NCBI GenBank assembly: GCA_964016885.1
Contig: OZ024740.1
Span: 401,512,001-401,576,000, forward strand
Reading direction: 5' to 3'
Length of the DNA: 64,000 nt
DNA from: Eledone cirrhosa
Taxonomy: Eukaryota
The position numbers were made by a program, and so were the translations under genes. Below, piece after piece: positions 13,869-30,400 of the stretch; within the stretch, counting starts at the first letter, position 1; each line of letters begins with the position of its first letter. The notes beneath the pieces are model-generated. The model was not told the origin of the DNA. It ran no database searches and was given only the letters and a program-made list of their open reading frames with translations.

Positions 13869-14570
13869 ACCGCATTATTGATGTTGATTTTAACAAGCAG
13901 AAATTAATATAAGTCATAGAAAAATAGGCAGCAACCACTATTACAAAAAAATAATATGCCTACGAGTAACCTTACCACCAAGACACCAACACCACAACTG
14001 TTTACTTTTATAGTTTACACATGCTTATGTGTCAGATAAACTTTCTAATATTTCAATGCAGATGTCTTTCTTCAACACCCACCTGTTTCCTGTTCAGAAT
14101 CCCACGGCAATAATACTAAATATATGTGCCTGTGCGTGTGCGTATATGTTTCTATGTGGGTGTGCGTATATGTTTCTATGTATGTGCGTGTGCATGCATA
14201 TGAATAAATATATATATATATTAATAAAATAAATATATAAAATAATAATAATAATAATAATAATAAAAATAATTAATATATATATATATATATATATAAA
14301 ATAAAAATGGCGTAGACATACAATACAACAGGAGGAAACATAATAGTACCATTATGATGTTGCAGATGTGCAACGAAAGAGTTTTGATAGACTTTATATA
14401 TGTACTTATATTGTTAACCGTTGGTCAATCAATGATAAACGTTGATTGCCAAATAAATTAACTATGGAGATATGAAAGATACAGAAGCGAAAACCAACAA
14501 AATAGTGAGTGTGTTCTGTTATTATTTCTGGCAATATTATTACAACAATATGACCCTCCCCAAGTATAAA

Positions 14571-14589
14571 AATATATATATATACATAC

Positions 14590-14686
<97 letters not shown>

Positions 14687-14750
14687 TATATATATATATA
14701 TATATGTTTATATATATATATATATATGTTTATATATATATATATGTTTA

Positions 14751-14828
<78 letters not shown>

Positions 14829-14879
14829 TATATATATATATATATATGTTTATATATATATATATATATATGTATATAT
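14571..14879. repeat. (TA)n microsatellite with TGTT interruptions
   Basis: Direct reading. Confidence 0.97.
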
Positions 14880-15436
14880 CCTAGAATTCTGCCTTGACAA
14901 AGGCTAAGGGGTCATCTCTCCCAGTGATTTTGGATGGCCATTGACTCTTAAGAGTTCCTTTGCCCTTTGACAGGTTTTGTTTTTAGTCCTGCATGATGTC
15001 CAAAGTCACCCTCCTCACCAAGAAACCTTGGTGGGGTTGCCAGTTTAGTCGCCAACGACTCGACCATGAGAAGGAAAACTCTGATATAACACCTGCAACC
15101 CTGATGGTATCCAATGATGTTGACTTGTTCTTCTTTTTGGTAAATATCATCTTGGTTAAGAGAGTGGGACTGGCTTTGTGCAGTCCCTTTGCTCACTATA
15201 AAAGCTTCACGGCACAGGCATTGCTTTATATCTGGAGATCTCTCTGCACTTGTCATCACATGGTACCATGGGCCCAGCACTATGTGTCAATAATTGTCAC
15301 AAGTGTAGTGTTTGTACCTACCAGAGTTTTCAAGTCGCTGGCTGGACTAAAAATTCACACTCGTTCAGCGCATCGGTAGGGGTTCTCCTACATATAAAGT
15401 AGTGGCCATACTCGAAAACGAGTTGGCAGCCACCAT
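14880..15436 (+). mobile_element. Non-autonomous, probably RTE-related retroposon; homologue at 42370-42701
   Basis: GAGAAGGAAAACTCTGATATAA resembles RTE 5' UTRs; shared body (GATGTTGA..TTCTT..CTCACT.TAAAA..CTTCACG.CACAGGCATTG) and terminal hairpin TGGCCATACTCG..CGAG..GGCAGCCACCA followed by an ATGT tail. Confidence 0.6.
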
Positions 15437-18316
<2,880 letters not shown>

Positions 18317-18488
18317 CTTTGAATATCTTTGAACTATTTTGGCCAGTATTGGCCCAGGCCATGTCTAACTTAATAGCATCACCTGGCGAAGTATTTCAAC
18401 TCAGGATTTGGGCACCATGGCCCATTCGAGAAGAGAATTACTGTTTGCGGAGACATATCCGGGTGTGGGTGGTTTTTTCCGGGATTAC

Positions 18489-21400
18489 TTAGAGGAATTT
18501 GTCCAGAGACTTCTTGAATTTTGTGTGGTCAGTTTCTGTTTTGACGTGTCCTGGTGTGATGTTGAAGAGAGCAGGGCCAATTGAGGTGAAATAATTGTGC
18601 CGTATTGTTGTTATGTGTTGCGATTTAGATTTTTGTTTGGGACGGATAGCACGGGCCCCAAGCCTTGGGTGTATTTTGAAGGTGATGCCAACATCATTTG
18701 GGCAGTGCTGATGAAACATTTTCCACATCATGCAGATAATATAACGCTCACGGCGACGTTGGAGTGAGTAAGGTTTCAGCTTTTCTAGTCGACCCCAGTA
18801 GTCAAGGTCTGACATGCCATCTATCTTTTTCGTGATTGCCCTTTGAGGAGCTTCAAGTTTCATGATACTTTGTTTCGTGTGGGGAGACCACAGTGGACAA
18901 CAGTATTCAAGGTGTGGTCGGGCAAAAGTGGAGAAGAGAAGGATAATGGTGTGGGAATCTCTCGACTGGAATGTTCTGAGGATCCAGGAACATATTCTGC
19001 GGGCCATGTCAACTTTGCTGCTTATATGCGTGGCCCAGCTTATGTTGCTGTCCACGGTTACTCCCAAGTCTCTGATGTTGTTAGATGCCACGAGAGTTTC
19101 ACCGGGGGAAAGGGAGTACGGGAGTTTCAGAGCATCCTCTTTTGCAAAGTGGATCAGTTCGAATTTGTCTTCGTTCAGTAACATGTTGTTCTTTTCCACC
19201 CATTGGGTAACAGCCAGTAGGTCTGACTGAAGGCTTATCCGGTCATCCACGCCATTGATGACCTTTTGGAGCTTGGAATCATCAGCGAAAATTCTAATGT
19301 TGCTGTGTTTGATGATGTCAGTGATGTCATTAATATAGATGATGAAGAGAAGTGGGCCCAACACAGTGCCTTGTGGGACCCCACTAGTGACTTTGGCTGG
19401 GCTGGATTTGACTCCTTCGACTACAACATGTTGGGTTCTGTTTGACAGGAAGCTTTTGATCCACTGCAGCAGCTTTCCACTGACACCAATATTGGACAGC
19501 TTTCTCAGTAGAATGTTGTGATCAACCCTGTCAAAGGCCTTGCTGAAATCAAGGTAGATAACATCAGTGTTGGAACCCTCTCCCAAGGCTCTCAAAATGT
19601 CATCAAAGTGATGCAGTAGCTGCTTCAGGCAATCCCTTCCATTACGGAATCCATGCTGGTTGGAGTTCAGCATATTGTTACTCTCAAGGAAGTGAGTCAT
19701 TCGCGATCTCACCACTCTCTCAAATACCTTAATGATATGAGAGGTGAGTGAGATTGGACGGTAATTCACGGCAAGGGATTTGTTTCCTTTTTTGAAAACT
19801 GGGACAACAGACTGAGATAAAAGGTTTTCAGGCACATATCCAGCATCCAGTGAGTTCCGCCACAGATTGGCAAGAGGAGATCCATGTCGGTGTTGACACG
19901 CCTTCAAGACACAAGCAGGGAACCTATCGGGACCTACTGCTGAATTATGCTTGATTTCCTTTATTGCCGCTAAGACATCAGGGGCGCCAAACGTTATGTC
20001 CGATAAGGTGTAATGGGGAGTAACATCGCCGATACAGCCCAGATCGGCCATATCAGGATTGCTGTAAACAGAGCAGTATTGTTTCTGCAGTATCTCAGTC
20101 ATGGTTGTAGCATTGTCATGAAGAGTGCCATTTTCATCAATTAGAGGACCAACAGTAGAGCCAGTGATTTTGTGTTTTTTTGCAAATGAAAAGAACACTT
20201 TGGGATTGAGTTTGATCTTCTCAATGGCCCAGGCCTCTTCGGCTCTTCTCTGATTGTTGATGATAGACATCATATTGTTTTGGAGGTTATGTTTTTTAAT
20301 CTCTAGTGATGAAATGGCAGTCAAGTTTATGTGTTGCTGCTGAAAGTATTTCAGCTTGTTGATTTTATTGTTATTTCTCTTAATTTTCCTGATGAGCGTT
20401 TTTCTATTTCTAGGGATTCTGCTCTTAGATTTGTTTCTAGTTCTTAATGGGGTGTGTTTTGCACATATGTTTGTAACAGTGTCCACAAATGTCTGCCAGG
20501 ACTTTTTGATGTTAGTGGGTGTATGAGTGTGCGTGAAGGACCAGTCGACATGTGCAAGATCATGACTGATCGCTTCCCAGTTTGCATTGTGGAAATCCAT
20601 AGCGTCAAACGGATGGACAGGAGTGATAATATTGGGTTTGTATATTGGACGGTGGAATATCAGATCACAGAGAACCATGTCATGATCAGAGAGTAGAGTT
20701 TTCTCCACTGCCATATTGTGGATATTGTCAGTGTAATTGCTGAAAATTAAGTCTAGGACGTTTTTGTGGCACCTCGTTGGTTCGATCACCAGTTGGGACA
20801 GGAAGAAATCATCCATGAAGTCAAGAAGCGATTCCACTGCTTCCCTCTCAGAGGTTGAGGCAGAAGAACCTGGTGGCAGGCTGTTTGTGGACCAGTCAAC
20901 TCCGGGGAGGTTGAAGTCCCCCATCTTTAAGATGTTGTCAGGGTGACATTCTTGGATGAAACACTTTATGCTGTTGAGGCATTCCTTGAAGCATGGTAAA
21001 GGCGTTTGGGGTGGCCTATAGAGCCCAACTACTATTAGGTTGTTGGTTTGACTGAATACAGTGACTGCTTCGCAGTATCCATTAGTAAATATGTTCATAG
21101 CCTCTGTTGAGAAAGAATTATGGACATAAATGGCAGTCCCACCCTTTCTTCTGCCAGCGCGATCAGCACGGATGGCTTTGAAATGTTTCACTTTCACCTC
21201 GGCTTCCAAGTGGAGGTTACTGAGATGGGTTTCAGTGAGGACGAAGAAAGGGATGTGGTTTGGATGGACATCAACCCAGTCCTCCAGGAATTTGATCTTC
21301 CATTTTTGAGTAGTGGTGGAAGGGCTGATGCCTTGGGCGTTAAGCAAAAATGTTGAGGCGAGAGTGGATGGTTTTAATTGTTTTGGTGTGTTGTTAATTT

Positions 21401-21680
21401 GTTTGTTTGTTAATGGCAGCAATGGGAGTTTGTGCAGTGGGTGATAGTGGAGGATGGTGCTGGGTGATAGCTCGAATGTTTTTTCCAGTTCTTTTGCCAG
21501 ATTCATTATGGCTAAAAAAGAGGAAGAAGTTTCCTGTTTAGGAGCCTGTTGGTGACTGTGATAGTGGTTATTTTTATGTAGGTTATGGTTTTTGTTTTTG
21601 CTTTTATTTTTATTTTTATTTTCATTTGTCCGACGCGTCCCCGGGAGATGGGTAAAGGGACAATCCCGGTGTAAACACAA
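18489..21680 (-). CDS. CR1-type AP endonuclease / reverse transcriptase, 1063 aa open
   Basis: [92 protein letters not shown]. Confidence 0.93.
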   Translation of the reverse strand: MCLHRDCPFTHLPGTRRTNENKNKNKSKNKNHNLHKNNHYHSHQQAPKQETSSSFLAIMNLAKELEKTFELSPSTILHYHPLHKLPLLPLTNKQINNTPKQLKPSTLASTFLLNAQGISPSTTTQKWKIKFLEDWVDVHPNHIPFFVLTETHLSNLHLEAEVKVKHFKAIRADRAGRRKGGTAIYVHNSFSTEAMNIFTNGYCEAVTVFSQTNNLIVVGLYRPPQTPLPCFKECLNSIKCFIQECHPDNILKMGDFNLPGVDWSTNSLPPGSSASTSEREAVESLLDFMDDFFLSQLVIEPTRCHKNVLDLIFSNYTDNIHNMAVEKTLLSDHDMVLCDLIFHRPIYKPNIITPVHPFDAMDFHNANWEAISHDLAHVDWSFTHTHTPTNIKKSWQTFVDTVTNICAKHTPLRTRNKSKSRIPRNRKTLIRKIKRNNNKINKLKYFQQQHINLTAISSLEIKKHNLQNNMMSIINNQRRAEEAWAIEKIKLNPKVFFSFAKKHKITGSTVGPLIDENGTLHDNATTMTEILQKQYCSVYSNPDMADLGCIGDVTPHYTLSDITFGAPDVLAAIKEIKHNSAVGPDRFPACVLKACQHRHGSPLANLWRNSLDAGYVPENLLSQSVVPVFKKGNKSLAVNYRPISLTSHIIKVFERVVRSRMTHFLESNNMLNSNQHGFRNGRDCLKQLLHHFDDILRALGEGSNTDVIYLDFSKAFDRVDHNILLRKLSNIGVSGKLLQWIKSFLSNRTQHVVVEGVKSSPAKVTSGVPQGTVLGPLLFIIYINDITDIIKHSNIRIFADDSKLQKVINGVDDRISLQSDLLAVTQWVEKNNMLLNEDKFELIHFAKEDALKLPYSLSPGETLVASNNIRDLGVTVDSNISWATHISSKVDMARRICSWILRTFQSRDSHTIILLFSTFARPHLEYCCPLWSPHTKQSIMKLEAPQRAITKKIDGMSDLDYWGRLEKLKPYSLQRRRERYIICMMWKMFHQHCPNDVGITFKIHPRLGARAIRPKQKSKSQHITTIRHNYFTSIGPALFNITPGHVKTETDHTKFKKSLDKFL

Positions 21681-21748
21681 TCTATCTCGCAGGGAAAAGT
21701 GGCAGATTTGTGGATTCCTTGTTTGAGTTATTGGTGGTTGTGTTGGTG

Positions 21749-21995
21749 TTAAATTAGAGTATGTATTATGGTGGTGGCTGTTTGTGGGGATAGACCGTTT
21801 TGTCCTATTCTATAGCGTAGAGAGTAGCGGCAAATGATGGGGTTTCGAGTGGGTGTGTATGTGTGTGTGTGTGTTGTGAGAGGTGTAGATGATGGTTTGA
21901 GTAGGTTTTGACGACCTTTGTGGGCTGTGGGAGGGAGAGTTCTTGTATTGGTATTAGAAGGTAAATTCCTTGAGATAGCAGTACGCAAAGATGTT

Positions 21996-22026
<31 letters not shown>

Positions 22027-22605
22027 GCAGAGGAGATGTTGGCAGTGGTGATGATTGGCCTGTTGGGGCAGAGAAAGGAAGAGGCGTTTCCTGCTGTGAG
22101 ACAGTGGCTACTGGGAGGTCAATAGTTTCATTTAGTAGTTCGGCCATTGTTGATGAATCAAGGAGTGGTTCACACTGTTGTAGTTGTTGTCGTTTTGTTG
22201 TTGTTGTTGTTGCTGTTGTTGTTGTAGCTGTTGTTGTTGTTGCCATTGTTGCTGCTGTTGTTGTTGTTGCTGCTGCTGCTGTTGTTGTTGCTGCTGTTGC
22301 TGCTGCTGGATAGCATGCGAAGAAAAAACACACCGTAGTTTATCCAAATGTTTATTGATTAATTTAAAAGCAACTTCGATTTGCTTTAATTTATTTTGAA
22401 TCTGTTGTTCAGATCGGGTTTTCAAAAGGTGAACTGTACGTTTAGCAATGTCGTTCAGACATGAAGCATCTATGTCTTCAGTTTGGGTAAGGCAATGCCA
22501 TGTGTTTATTAGAATGTCGATTTCATTATCAGACCAGTTCTGTTTGGATTTTTGCTGGTTAGCCATTTTAGTTTTGAGTGTGTGTGTTTTAGTTAAGTAT
22601 TTCAA
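21749..22605 (-). pseudogene. CR1 N-terminal region: Myb/SANT-like domain + low-complexity Thr/Ala (or Gln) tract + CCCH-like fingers, frameshifted
   Basis: WSDNEIDILINTW...RSEQQIQNKLKQI; CAA/CAG/GCA repeat ~22182-22308; ICRYSLRYR segment. Confidence 0.6.
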
Positions 22606-22782
22606 TATATATATATTTTTTTTTGTTTTTCTTGTGTGTGAGTGAGAAGTGTATATATAAATATGAGTATATATATATAATTATATTCTGGTTATTTGAA
22701 ATTAATGAAATTAATGAAAAGACGATCCTAATTAAACTATTTTTCACTGTGAACAATTTGTCACCATTTTCTTTTCCGTTTA

Positions 22783-22941
<159 letters not shown>

Positions 22942-22987
22942 GTATATATATATATATATATATATATACGTATGTATATATATATGT

Positions 22988-23168
22988 TTCTTTTATTTGC
23001 CACTAGGGCATCAAAAGTGGGACAAGTACAATGGGGGGAGTTTACACAAAAAGGCGTCCTCAATAAGGAGGAGGCAATAACAAAATATAAAAATAAAATA
23101 AGATATAACAAAAAATAAAATTTATAACAAAATCCTCAATAGAGAGGAGGCGCCTTGGGGGGTCGCAC
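22988..23168 (-). mobile_element. Tx1-family 3' end fragment
   Basis: Reverse complement TTGTACTTGTCCCAC..GCCCTAGTGGCAAATAAAA resembles 13573-13615. Confidence 0.6.
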
Positions 23169-23187
23169 ACATATATATATATATATA

Positions 23188-25085
23188 TATGAAATACGTT
23201 CCTTCACGCACAAGGCGCCAAGGTACGCATGTATTGTCCAACCAAATGCCAGTGTGGTTCAATGGCGGGTTAATAAATTAACGAGCCAGAACAAATATAA
23301 ACAAGGTTTAGTAAATAATGAAAAAGTTTCAAAATAAATTAAAAAAAATTGACTTTACCTACTATAGTTACCTTTACCGATCGGTTTCGAATCCCAAAAA
23401 TAAAACGGAGACCATACCGCCTTCGTTGCAAAGAAAGATTCTCGTCAGAAGGTTCTTTTCATTCAAAGAATATAAAATTCCTGAATTTAAATCACAAACC
23501 AGCGCTATCAAAAACTGTTCCTGGGATGAGAGTGGATGATGTAGAACAGGTTTATCAAGGGCCGTAGCAAAGATAGAGGCAAAAGGAGGTAGATCAAACT
23601 AGCCACAGCTATTACTAGCAGCAGTCGGAATGACCAAGTTTGTTCTCAACGTTAGTGGAGGTAGTAGTAATATGAAATACGTTCCTTCACGCACAAGGCG
23701 CCAAGGTACGCATGTATTGGTTGGACAAGAACTGGGGGAAGAACGGGGTTGCATGTTCAGGAAGAGGTGTGTGGGGGGTGGGGTGGGGGGAGAGAAATCC
23801 GGAGGCTGAAGGTGTAAATATGTGGTGGAAAGCACGTGCGTGTGGGGTTTAAGCGTGTTGTGGGTGTAGGTGGCGTGTGGGAAAAAACATTTTTTTTGGG
23901 TGTGTGTGGGTGAGTTATAAAGGTGATTCCGTAAGAAGATGTGGTTGAAAGGTTGGTAAACTCCTAGGATGGTAGTTGATTCCGCGGTCAAGCTCCACAT
24001 ACGAGTAATCCATGGAGAGATGGTCGGAAGAGGAGAGATGTGGGGTGCGCGCGCAACAGGAAGTGGTCAAGGCGGTAGGAGTGCTGTGTGTTTGTGTGTG
24101 CTGGGAGGTGGTCAGAGGGCATAGCAGCAGTCGGGTGGAATGGTAAAGGGGCGAGGATGGGTAGGTGTGAAAGTTGGAGTGAGGAGGGTGTGTGTGTGTA
24201 TTAGTAGAGGTGTTAGCGGGATGAGTGAGGTTGGAGAGAGGGTGTGGGTGGATCGGGGAGAGAAGGGTGTGGGGGTCGATGGAGGGAGTGTGGTGTTCTG
24301 GTGTGTGTGTAGTTTGATGAAGGGGTTGTTAGTGGGTGTTAGTATACGGGAGGTGGAGAAAGGGTTGAATGCAGGTGTGAGTGGGGGTTAGTGGTGGTAG
24401 GGTGTGTAGAGTTGGTGGTGTACGAGGGTGTGTGGGTACGTGTGCGTGGGGGGGGGGGGTTCGTGATGTTAGTTGCGTGTGGGCTGGGTGGTGTAAGTGG
24501 GTGCGTTTGTTCGTGTGCTTGGGGTCAGGGGGTGTTAGTGATGTTAGTTGCGGGGTGATGGGATGGATGTGTGGGGGTGAGGGTTAGTGGTGGTAGTAGG
24601 GTGTGTGTTTAGTGTGAGCGCGTGTATATATGTGCCGGTGGGTGTGTGCGTGCGATAAGATGGGGGAGGAGAAGAAGGGAGGGATGTTAGTATGTTAGTT
24701 GGGGAAGGGTGGTCGGATGAGTGGTGGAGTGGAGGTGTTAGTATTGTTAGTTGTGGGGTGGGCGGTGAAAAGGAGGGGTGTGTTAGTGGTGTTAGTGGGG
24801 GATATGTGTGGGGGGAGGGGGGGGGCGGTCGAAGGCTAAAGAAATAAGGGTGGGGAGTTCAGGCCGGGGGGAGTGTGGGTCTGTAAGATGAAGATGGTTC
24901 TTTGTTCAACTCTGAGGAGATTGTCGGGTGTTCCGTGGCATTGGAGTAGGCCACAGACTGTGAGATGGCGTGCGGAATGTCCAGGGGCACCAAAGTGGCG
25001 GGCGATGGGGGAACTACCACCGAGACGAATGTCCCGGAGGTGCTCAGTGAATCGGTCCGCCAGGCGACGTCCCGCATAATTGCAA
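23188..25085 (-). mobile_element. 5'-truncated Penelope-like element: GIY-YIG C-terminus, long C/A-rich UTR, hammerhead-bearing terminal region
   Basis: RRLADRFTEHLRDI..PIARHF..H....RVEQRTIFILQT..PPGLN (24836-25085); ~49-bp direct repeat 23188-23236/23671-23719; ends at (TA)n. Confidence 0.78.
23370..23453 (-). ncRNA. Type I hammerhead-like motif
   Basis: CUGACGA, stem II GAAUCU/GGAUUC, GAAA-CCGA-UC; stem I only partial (ACCUU/AAGGU with a bulge). Confidence 0.55.
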
Positions 25086-25187
25086 ACGAATCGAATATTA
25101 TTATTAATATTCGAAGAACTCAGATTACATTTATTGTATTCAGCCTTGTACAGCGAAAACTTCTTTTTCATATATATATATACATGC

Positions 25188-25243
<56 letters not shown>

Positions 25244-25623
25244 TGTGTGTGTTTAACTACAGATTTAAGCGGAGCGCCGGTTTAAGCACTCAACGCTGTT
25301 ACGAGGTCCGTGCCGTGTGGGTTGTATTTTAGAGTTAGGGCGGCTGTAGTGTGCAGGGTGTAAATAGATTAAATATAATCGCCGTCAGAGTGGCAGCGTA
25401 TGTACAAACTTTATTGGAATATTGCAATTGTTTCGATATCGATCAGCTCAATAAAAAGGACGGGACTTGAGTCTTTTTCAACATATCATGAGATATGCGA
25501 TTTTATACGCACAAAGGCATGTCTAAACATTTATTACCGCATTGAGTACCTTATCCTACAATGGTTTCCCACTGGTAAATTTTGGCGAAAACATTCTTAA
25601 ATTATATATATATATATATATAT

Positions 25624-25682
25624 AAAGTACCAGTAATACACGGGGATAATTGCTGGCCTTGTGCCAAAAGTAGAAACAATTA
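25624..25682 (+). mobile_element. SINE 3' fragment
   Basis: AAAGTACCAGTAATACAC..TTGCTGGCCTTGTGCCAAAAGTAGAAACAATT. Confidence 0.75.
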
Positions 25683-25701
25683 TATATATATATATATATA
25701 T

Positions 25702-25990
25702 TGCCCGAGTGAATGGGCCTTCTCTCTATATGAACCTGTAGGTTGAGGAAGACAAAAGAGGGAAAATTGGAACACCTACAAAACATGCTCCTGGTGTTGA
25801 GAGGTGTTTTATCTACGAGGTGTAAAACAACCTCGCAGTAACGTTCCCCCTTATTGGTGATTTCGATTGTTATTTTATTTTAATATATAGACTATTGTAA
25901 AACCCGCGCCGTGACGTCTTGTAATGTCCCATTTCTTGTACGCACTTGTGGAAAATAATGAAATCTATCTATCTATCTATTATCTATCTG
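25702..25990 (+). mobile_element. Tx1-family 3' end fragment with (ATCT)n tail
   Basis: GCCCGAGTGAATGGGCCT matches ~13310; TTGTAATGTCCC..CTTGTGGAAAATAA resembles the Tx1 terminus. Confidence 0.65.
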
Positions 25991-28900
25991 AATGTATGTG
26001 CTCTGATATATTTCTCTCTACCTTCCTCTGTCTTACCTACTACAGTGTGACAACCTTCAGTAATGACAGTGCCAGAATAACCCAGTTTAATTTTTATTGA
26101 TTTTTACCCACTTGATATCATTGATCTTATGAGATAAAGGTTTAGAATTTGTTGCCAGATACACAGACAAACATGATATTGACATTTAAATTATATCCCA
26201 CTCCAGAAACGCCTTTAAGTTTTACGACGGAGCAGCCTGAATAAAAAGGTCAGATGACACGGATTTATTTGGTGCATCTACGAGATGATTTTATAGTACA
26301 GACATTTACGATTTTGTAGGTTTATATATTTTAGACATATTAAAAATGAAATTCTCAGATTTTGTACACCAGTCTTACTCGCGACGATTGTCTGGAGGCA
26401 TAAAAGCGCCCATGACTTATATAGCTTTACAAAAACTTATTAACACCTTTAATGGCCTAATCACTAACCTGAATACTGTTAACTTCCAAGGTGTTACTTT
26501 CAAACTAAACACACATGTACAAGAGCTACACCACAAATGCAATGAGCAGCTAAGATATATCACGAGCAACTCATGTCACCCATCCATAGAATTCAAATAT
26601 TTAAGAGTCACATAATTAAGAACCTTTAATCACTCGTCTAATAAGGAAATATCCAATTAACTAACCCCACACTATTATAATGCTCTAGATACGAGTTTCT
26701 CATTCCCTAGAACTAGAAAAGTCCTCCCTAAGCGTTACGAGTAACGTAGGGAAAATACTTGTTCGTGGTTGTTAATAATACTATTTTTATCAACCAAAAT
26801 GTATTTTCAATTGCAGGATGGAACATTTATAACTCAGTAGGTGCAGCATCGATGCAGAATAATGGAATTGATTGCAGCGTTTGCAATACGCTCCATCAAC
26901 TTCTGGTGAATACCTTAAATACAAGAATATATTTTACTAAGTTTGTAAAACATCTGCGCTGACTTCCATTCTTCTGAAACTGAAAGTTGTTTGCAAGACA
27001 GTATTTGTTTAACTAATAGGATCTTTGCTCTTTGCCTCTATTTAATGTAACAAAAAATAAAGAAATAGAAATAGGATCATCATATTGGTTAGAGAATTGT
27101 TCGTGTTTATATTTAGAAGTGAATTCTGATTTTTCCTCACCCGGTTTGTTATTAACTCTTAGTTACTAAGAGGATTTATAAAGTTAGACAGATAGCCTTT
27201 ATCTGTAGAGATATTGTTTGGAAGATTAGATTTAATTATAGGTTTGTTATCAGTTGACTTGCTCCCAGAAGTATTTGTATTGGGAATATCAAAAAAATTA
27301 ATGTTTCTTTATTTTGACAATATCGAAACGTTGTATTTTAATTTTCCTTGTCGGATATTTCATTTTATTGAAAATAGAATATGTAACGTATCATCAATGA
27401 ATATAGAAGTGAATTAGGAGAAATCACCGAATTGTTTTTTGGTTATGTTTTTGCGTTTAGAAAACATTGCCAGAGTACTGTAATTGGCGATTAGTAACAA
27501 TGATCTATTTGAAACAACATGACATTCTTAAGCTATCAATTATTGGCTATAAGTTTTAAATATCACATCTAGTCTGTCTGCACAAACATTTCATACCAAC
27601 TATCGAATGCTTTGAATAGCAGTTTACAAACTGAAAAGATACGAGTATTAATTTTTTTCTACATTTTCTCATGGTTATTTTGTATGGTTTACGACGGCTG
27701 AAATCTGTAAAATTGTGAAATTAGAAAAGTAGAGCAATGTGTTATTCAATATTGAAAAACGATTATGCTGAACAACCTAAAAGAGTTATTTCAGAACGTA
27801 ATCATACTAATATCTATTTTCAACATTAATTATAGTTAATGATATATTTATGACAGAATCGTCTATAAAACTTTAATTTCAGTTTACGAGTGAGGTTGGC
27901 GAAACACGTACTTGAATCTATTCAGACTATCAAGTATTAATAATCTCAAATTAATGTTTAATTCCATACCCAAGGCGTGTATAAATTACAATAGCATGCC
28001 TCATTATTCTGGTTAAAGTGTCCTTCTAATAATAAATTATTGCGACATGTTTTTTTAAGAATGTGGAATAGCAAATTACAATAATAAAGAAACCATAATA
28101 ATAATATTAAAGTTTGTGAAGTAATTTGTGGAATAATTTGAGGAATAATAAATAAACTTAGTTTGTATACTCATATATGTGTAGAATAACAAAGCATTGT
28201 TTGGGGCGCAACATATGCCAAAATCAAACAGTAAGACAGTAAAATGTTGTCTCTGGCATCACATGTGTGTCAAAATTGTTTTTAGAATAAAATTGTAATG
28301 GATGCAAAGTGTATGTCAAAAACAGTTTTCATAAAAATATACGATGCAACAATTTTTCTAGAATAGTAAAATATTTGTTCTTGATTATACGTTAAGTTAT
28401 ATCACTCTAGATATTTTGTCTGAGAGAGACTTTAATTGCCCAAGCCACTCAAAAAATACTTCGTGCCTCTATACATTATATAAAATACTGTATAATTTTG
28501 CGGAAATCGTGGAATTCTATTCTTAATTTCAATCTTCAAAATCAGAGGGTGCTTTATATATCAGATCAGTAGCATCATGTGGTTATATGAAGGGAGACAA
28601 TGTATGGAAAGTAGAGACAATATCTGCTGTAAACATTATACCAACATTTCTAATATACTACAGTACATAAATGATATATTATACATACCAAAATTAAACT
28701 AGTAAATCTATCTGAATAACGTGGAAAATTATACTTGACACCATGTTACCTTTGTAACATTACTGCCATCTATGTGACGTCACTAGTGTTAATGGTATAT
28801 CTGGTAGGCATACTTGACAGGTAATGGACAGAGCATTTCCATTATTTGAATTGAATTGAAGTTACCTACATTTTAGTAACAATGTCTCTAATTGTATAAA

Positions 28901-29296
28901 GGTGGGCCTAACATACTGGTCAGTAAACATTCAGCTGTAGGAGCCACATTCCAACGACTTTAGTATTTTGGAATTCTGTTCCTGTTCCAAGTACAAATCT
29001 TTCTAATCTTGATCGCCTTTAAAATATTGTGGGTTACAACTGTGGGTTTTAGTTAATATTATATGACAAAACACCTACAGCGATACACACACACGCACAA
29101 ACACATACATATACACACTTATACACATCCACATGTAGATGCATGTATGTATATATGTGCCGCTGTGTATATACATACATACATTTCTCTCTCTCCCAGT
29201 ATATATATATAAATATATATATATATAGTGTTATAACGTTATAACGACGTGTGACTCCTACATTTATGTGCGTGTACAACCATACTTCGTATGTTT

Positions 29297-29298
<2 letters not shown>

Positions 29299-29365
<67 letters not shown>
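29299..29365. repeat. (CA)n microsatellite
   Basis: Direct reading. Confidence 0.95.
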
Positions 29366-29368
<3 letters not shown>

Positions 29369-30039
29369 GTATACATATATATGTTTTGTTCGTAACTTTA
29401 TATATATGAAGGTCTTGTTTTGTCAATTTAGATATCTCGACAGCAAATCTTGATAAAACTTGGCATTTTTATAGAAATCAATTAATAAACTATAAAAGAT
29501 TTAACACTAAATCTAATTATTAAATTATTAAAGCAATGGTCTGTGTAAAAAGCGTAAGTAAATTCCGTTAAGGCTATAGAAATATGTGATTACGAAAATT
29601 TGAAAACATTAAGATTGTAAAGTAAAAGAGAACGAGAGAAAGCTAGAATTCTAGAGGGAAAATATGATATTAACTCTTAAATGGCACTAAACTGGCATGA
29701 AAATTGCTTCAGCTCATATATTTTATTGACATTAAGCTTTCTTCCGCTCGATGGAGCAATATCAATTTTTGGCATAGATAGCAAAACAAGTGATGTGCGA
29801 CAACTGCAAGTAATTTTGAGGAGGGTGAGAAATCTTAGTACAGATGTAGAATTTTGAAGAAGATGCACCGCTTATGTTGTGAACTTGCGAATAATAACAA
29901 AACAAGTAAACAGCAAAATATATAACGAAAAGGAATTTTACACTTGACTCTAAAATATATGGCGGAAATGGAGGTGGGAAATAAAACACTGTTGGGCTCG
30001 ACGATAAATGTTATAGTTATTTAATCATCTCGTGTATTT

Positions 30040-30325
30040 AACGAGTAGTTTGCTGGAAATTTCACAGACACGTGTACCCCTAAAGTTATCCGAGTCTACC
30101 AGGCATATGTTCTTAACAATTTGCTCTACGGGAGTGAAAACTGGAGCACCTACATGAGGCAAGAACGTCGGCTCAACGCCTTCAAAATGCAGTGTATCAA
30201 ACGTATCCTCATTATCAGATGACATCACCATATCCCGCATAATGTCATCGTAAAACGTGACAAGATTCCCAGTATATGTTCCCTGCCGTATCGTTGGCTA
30301 TGTCATATTCAGCGTATGAAGGATG

Positions 30326-30327
<2 letters not shown>
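30040..30327 (+). mobile_element. RTE LINE RT C-terminal fragment
   Basis: LLYGSENWSTY..ERRLNAFKMQCIKRIL; RWLCHIQRMKD. Confidence 0.75.

Positions 30328-30400
<73 letters not shown>

Larger units (their letters stand above)
18315..22640 (-). mobile_element. Near full-length CR1-group LINE
   Basis: Long APE-RT ORF, frameshifted terminus IP..PPTPGY..NSNSLL at ~18430-18490, short 3' UTR then (TA)n; upstream Myb/SANT-like and CCCH-like coding segments. Confidence 0.9.

Noticed and set aside
22132-22399. Polyglutamine or polycysteine protein
   Set aside because: Trinucleotide tract inside the CR1 N-terminal region; the Thr/Ala frame continues into downstream coding sequence, so polyQ is probably a frameshift product.
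26380-27000. Possible old Penelope coding remnants (also ~33600-33900, 51400-52300, 58370-58750, 61950-62300)
   Set aside because: Only faint motif echoes with many stops; needs a translated HMM search.
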